Source: Patescibacteria group bacterium | GTDB taxonomy: Bacteria > Patescibacteriota > Minisyncoccia > UBA6257 > HR35 | Assembly: GCA_030549845.1 (NCBI GenBank) | Contig: JAUQQN010000002.1 | Span: 92,475-124,474 of the forward strand | Direction: 5' to 3' | DNA: 32,000 bases | Shown here: piece by piece, positions 29,124-32,000 of the stretch | How the letters are laid out: each line of letters starts with the position of its first letter | How positions within the stretch are numbered: the stretch's first letter is position 1 | Position numbers and translations under genes: made by a program | The notes under the pieces: generated by a model | The model's input: the letters and a program-made list of their open reading frames with translations, nothing else | Told to the model about the DNA's origin: nothing | Databases searched by the model: none

Positions 29124-29603
29124 ATGAAAATTATATTAAAAAAATGTTTTACAATAATTGAAATCTTGATGGTAATTTTTATTTTACTTGCAATTTCAAC
29201 AGTAATCTTCAAAAGTTCTTTAGAATTTTCAAAAGATTATTTTACCGTAAAAGATGATATAACAAAAATAAAGACTGTTTTAGAGTCTGCAAAAAATAAA
29301 GCTTTTCTAGGAGAACTTGATTCAGATTGGGGCGTTTACTTCGAGAATTCTACATCTATTTATTACTTATTTGCAGGTTCATCTTTTAATAACTCCCAAA
29401 ATTTTTCCCAATATTTTTTAGATGATAATAATATCTTTACTGATCCTCCTGCAAATTCAATCAAAGAAATAGTTTTTAAAAAATACTCAGGTTATACAGG
29501 GACCTCAACTAAAGTTTCAATTTCTTCCTTAAACTCAAAGGTAAAAGGAGATATTTTTATAAATCAATTTGGAAATATTGACATAGAAATTAAAAGAGAG
29601 TAA
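29124..29603 (+). CDS. Type IV pilin / pseudopilin-like protein (GspH/FimT-like size) with Cys at the -1 position
   Basis: 'MKIILKKC|FTIIEILMVIFILLAI' carries the FTxxE motif with Glu at +5, but Cys replaces the usual Gly before the cleavage site. Confidence 0.7.
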   Translation: MKIILKKCFTIIEILMVIFILLAISTVIFKSSLEFSKDYFTVKDDITKIKTVLESAKNKAFLGELDSDWGVYFENSTSIYYLFAGSSFNNSQNFSQYFLDDNNIFTDPPANSIKEIVFKKYSGYTGTSTKVSISSLNSKVKGDIFINQFGNIDIEIKRE

Positions 29604-29613
29604 AATAAAGTTA

Positions 29614-30261
29614 ATGAATCAAAATTTGTTTCCTTTAGCACTTTTAATTCTTCTTATTTTAGGAGGAGGATTTTTGTTTTTAAATAAACCTATTATTAAA
29701 ACTCAGACTTCTTTTTCATTTGATATAAATTCTTTGACAAAAAATAGTGTACCCTTAGGAAACCCAAACGCACCTGTAAAAATAATAGTATTTAGTGACT
29801 TTCAATGTCCATTTTGTAAAAAATTATATTTTGAAACAATTAAAAGGATAAAAGAGGACTATATAGATAAAAATTTGGCTGTTTTATATTATAAAGAATT
29901 TGCTATTTTAGGGAAAGAATCAATTGATGCTGCTTTAGCTTCAAAGTGCGCAAAGGCTGAAAATAAATATTGGGAATATGTTGATTTATTATTCAATTCG
30001 CAGGCAGGAGAAAATATTGGAAGTTTTAGTGAAGAAAATTTAATAAAATTAGCAGAAAATTTAGGTTTGGATAAAGAAAAATTTAAAAAATGCTTAGAAG
30101 AGAAACAATATATTAATGAAGTACAAGATGATATAAATCAAGGGGTAAGTTTGAATGTAAGAGGAACTCCTTATATAATAATAAACAATGATGTAATAGA
30201 GGGTGCTTATCCTTATTCTGAATTTCAAAAAATTATTAATAAATATCTAATAAAAAAATGA
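29614..30261 (+). CDS. Membrane-anchored DsbA-family thiol:disulfide oxidoreductase
   Basis: N-terminal TM helix, 'GNPNAPVKIIVFSDFQCPFCKK' (CPFC active site), and 'VRGTPYIII' cis-Pro loop. Confidence 0.82.
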   Translation: MNQNLFPLALLILLILGGGFLFLNKPIIKTQTSFSFDINSLTKNSVPLGNPNAPVKIIVFSDFQCPFCKKLYFETIKRIKEDYIDKNLAVLYYKEFAILGKESIDAALASKCAKAENKYWEYVDLLFNSQAGENIGSFSEENLIKLAENLGLDKEKFKKCLEEKQYINEVQDDINQGVSLNVRGTPYIIINNDVIEGAYPYSEFQKIINKYLIKK

Positions 30262-30491
30262 AAAAAGTAATAATATACACCACAAGCTGGTGCCCATTTT
30301 GTGAGGCAACAAAAGAATTCTTAAAAGAAAAAGGAATCGAATTTGAAGAAAAAAATGTAGAAGTTGATTTGCAAGCACGAGAGGAAATGATTCAAAAATC
30401 AGGGCAATTAGGGGTACCGGTAATTGATATTGAAGGAAAAATAATCATTGGTTATTCTCCTGAAGAAATCGAAGAAGCTTTAAAAGAGTAA
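30258..30491 (+). CDS. Glutaredoxin-like protein (NrdH/YruB type)
   Basis: 77 aa, 'VIIYTTSWCPFCEATKEFL' and 'GVPVIDIEGKIIIGY'. Its start overlaps the DsbA stop (ATGA). Confidence 0.82.
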   Translation: MKKVIIYTTSWCPFCEATKEFLKEKGIEFEEKNVEVDLQAREEMIQKSGQLGVPVIDIEGKIIIGYSPEEIEEALKE

Positions 30492-30576
30492 AACATAGTT
30501 AGTAAAAAACTTTCTTTCATACTTTCTCATATCCCTAGGGTTTATTTGATTAATTTATATTTTAAAATAATTTTTG

Positions 30577-31038
30577 ATGAGAAATATGGTACTAATTCAA
30601 AACCCTGGAGTTTTTTACCATTACAAAATTTTAGAAAATTTTGAAGCAGGAATAGAATTGAAAGGTTTTGAAGTCAAAGCCTTAAGAGAAGGCAGGGGAA
30701 ATTTAAAAGGAAGTTATGTTAGTATAAAAGATAATGAAGTTTACTTAATCAATTTTAATATTCCACCCTACCAACCTAAAAATACCCCTAAAGATTATGA
30801 TGAAAACAGACCAAGAAAATTGCTTTTAAAAAAGAAGGAGATCTCTTATTTAATTGGAAAATCCAAAGAAAAAGGCATTACAATAGTTCCTATAAAGGTT
30901 TATTCTAAAGGTAACCTTATAAAAGTAGAAATTGCATTAGCAAAAGGTCTTAAAAAATTTGAAAAAAGAGAAAAAATCAAAGAAAGAGAATTTAGAAAAT
31001 TAAAAGAAAGAGCAGAAAAGGAAAAAATGAAATTTTAG
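30577..31038 (+). CDS. smpB: SsrA-binding protein
   Basis: 'FEAGIELKGFEVKALREG', 'YVSIKDNEVYLINFNIPPY', 'RPRKLLLKKKEI' and 'IVPIKVY..GNLIKVEIALAKG'. It sits directly upstream of the tmRNA. Confidence 0.9.
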   Translation: MRNMVLIQNPGVFYHYKILENFEAGIELKGFEVKALREGRGNLKGSYVSIKDNEVYLINFNIPPYQPKNTPKDYDENRPRKLLLKKKEISYLIGKSKEKGITIVPIKVYSKGNLIKVEIALAKGLKKFEKREKIKEREFRKLKERAEKEKMKF

Positions 31039-31066
31039 AGAGGAAATTGTGGTAAAATTTATATAA

Positions 31067-31412
31067 GGGGGTGAAAAGGGATTTCGAGGAAGGAAAAAGG
31101 GCAAAAGTGGCTGGTGGCTTGCCGGCCTCAAAGGCACAATATAAATGCCAACCAATCCTTTGCCTATGCACTAAGCTAAGCATAGGGCTTTACAGGTTAC
31201 CAAGCTGAGGTGGTGCCTGTAGGGTGATGGATAACCTCAGCTAGGGGCTAAAAAGCTTGGTTGGTGCTTTTTAGCCCTGAATCTAAAAACCAACTAGCCT
31301 TAGCTATTTTTGCCGGTTTTTTGAGGCTAAGGCGAGATTTTAAAAACCGGCTATACCAGTAGAAGCTTTTGCCCTTTTCCTTTCGACAGGGGTTCGATTC
31401 CCCTCACCTCCA
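31067..31412 (+). ncRNA. ssrA: tmRNA (ssrA), one-piece
   Basis: 5' GGGGGUGAAAAGGGAUUUCGA pairs with 3' ...GGGGUUCGAUUCCCCU-CACCUCC-A, giving a tRNA-Ala-like acceptor with G3:U and a T-arm. The long P2 helix pairs GAAGGAAAAAGGGCAAAAG with CUUUUGCCCUUUUCCUUUC. The tag reading frame GCC AAC CAA UCC UUU GCC UAU GCA CUA AGC UAA (31147-31179) has its stop in a hairpin loop. Confidence 0.9.
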
Positions 31413-31438
31413 TACTTATTATTTTTAGATCTAAGTTT

Positions 31439-32000
31439 TTATTTAGTAGCTTCATATAAAGCTTTAATTTCATCAGCAGAAAGAGCTCGATTGTAAATAC
31501 GGACTTCGTCGATAATGCCATTAGTATAATATCCACCACCACTGTATCTACCAATATCAACGGGCGAGTTCATATAACTAGCACTACCATTTCTTGTTAT
31601 ATCCAAAATTCCGTTTATCCAAATTTCTTGTTTATTACCGCGGTATATTCCTACAAGAAAATACCAGGTGTTAGAGTTGACAGAAGAATTAGAACATATA
31701 TTGCTTTCAGGAACATTGAAACTTACTTTCCCGGGACAACTGTAATCAAACGTTAAATATGGACGCGCTTGACTTAAGAATATATTTGCATTAGATGCAG
31801 ATGCATTTAATACATTTACCCACACAATCCATGTAGAATCTCCGGAAGCAATTAAAGGAGCGCTGCCTACTCGTACATAATCATTTACCCCATCAAAACT
31901 TAAAGCTTTACCTACTTTACCATCTACCCATTGAGGTCCATTATATAAGGTTCCATGATTATTGTTTCCTGATAAATCATAAGCTATATTTCCACTTCCT
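31439..32000 (-). CDS. LamG / concanavalin-A-like lectin domain protein, C-terminal part; 5' end lies outside the window
   Basis: I translated the frame upstream of the ORF-track start (a GTG at 31825) and it stays open to the window edge. It reads ...DLSGNNNHGTLYNGPQWVDGKVGKALSFDGVNDYVRVGS... and ends '...GIIDEVRIYNRALSADEIKALY', the classic LamG-repeat signature. Confidence 0.8.
   Translation of the reverse strand, partial: GSGNIAYDLSGNNNHGTLYNGPQWVDGKVGKALSFDGVNDYVRVGSAPLIASGDSTWIVWVNVLNASASNANIFLSQARPYLTFDYSCPGKVSFNVPESNICSNSSVNSNTWYFLVGIYRGNKQEIWINGILDITRNGSASYMNSPVDIGRYSGGGYYTNGIIDEVRIYNRALSADEIKALYEATK

Noticed and set aside
30992-31560. ORFs 30992-31183 (-) and 31351-31560 (-)
   Set aside because: They overlap the tmRNA gene, and also the smpB 3' end and LamG 3' end. 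The open frames are explained by the GC-richer structured RNA.
1-32000. Alternative genetic code (UGA recoding as in Gracilibacteria/Absconditabacteria)
   Set aside because: Conserved proteins are full length under the standard code. TGA is used as a genuine stop at coupled junctions, for example 8548-8550 before tgt, 28517-28519 before pilB, and 30259-30261 before the glutaredoxin-like gene.
1-32000. CRISPR arrays, IS elements, integrases, and att duplications of the tRNA-Asn 3' end
   Set aside because: By eye there are no regularly spaced direct repeats, no transposase- or integrase-like ORFs, and no second copy of the tRNA T-arm/acceptor sequence outside the tRNA and tmRNA genes themselves.

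Overview
This is a strongly AT-rich bacterial segment, apart from its RNA genes and one ORF. It is compact and gene content looks like a small-genome Patescibacteria/CPR-type organism, though that placement is inference only. All calls come from by-eye motif recognition on the supplied translations; no database search was possible. About 27 kb (5.4-31.4 kb) is tightly packed housekeeping: archaeal-type UMP kinase, M32 carboxypeptidase, a DUF2419-like gene coupled to tgt, pyrG, a P-type ATPase, Ogg2-type glycosylase, RNase J, rpsL-rpsG-fusA, lysS, smpB and a one-piece tmRNA, plus tRNA-Leu and tRNA-Phe (tRNA-Asn lies in the left flank at 3.3 kb). Type IV pilus genes are interleaved with these. 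An uncharacterised membrane protein, pilB and pilC sit upstream of lysS and the str operon. Three pilin-like genes follow fusA where tuf normally sits. A fourth pilin-like gene, followed by DsbA and glutaredoxin-like genes, diverges from the pilB operon. The left flank (0.3-5.4 kb) is different: gene-poor, with long spacers, tRNA-Asn, and a single GC-rich ORF that carries its own near-consensus promoter, perfect Shine-Dalgarno and GC-rich terminator, so it is probably horizontally acquired. I found no CRISPR array, transposase, integrase or recognisable defence module, and no clear-cut novel multi-gene system. The best candidates for follow-up are the uncharacterised pilus-associated genes (a PilB-coupled membrane protein, atypical pilins, and two secreted/anchored proteins sharing a motif), the GC-rich cassette, and a tgt whose substrate-pocket motif deviates from the bacterial one.
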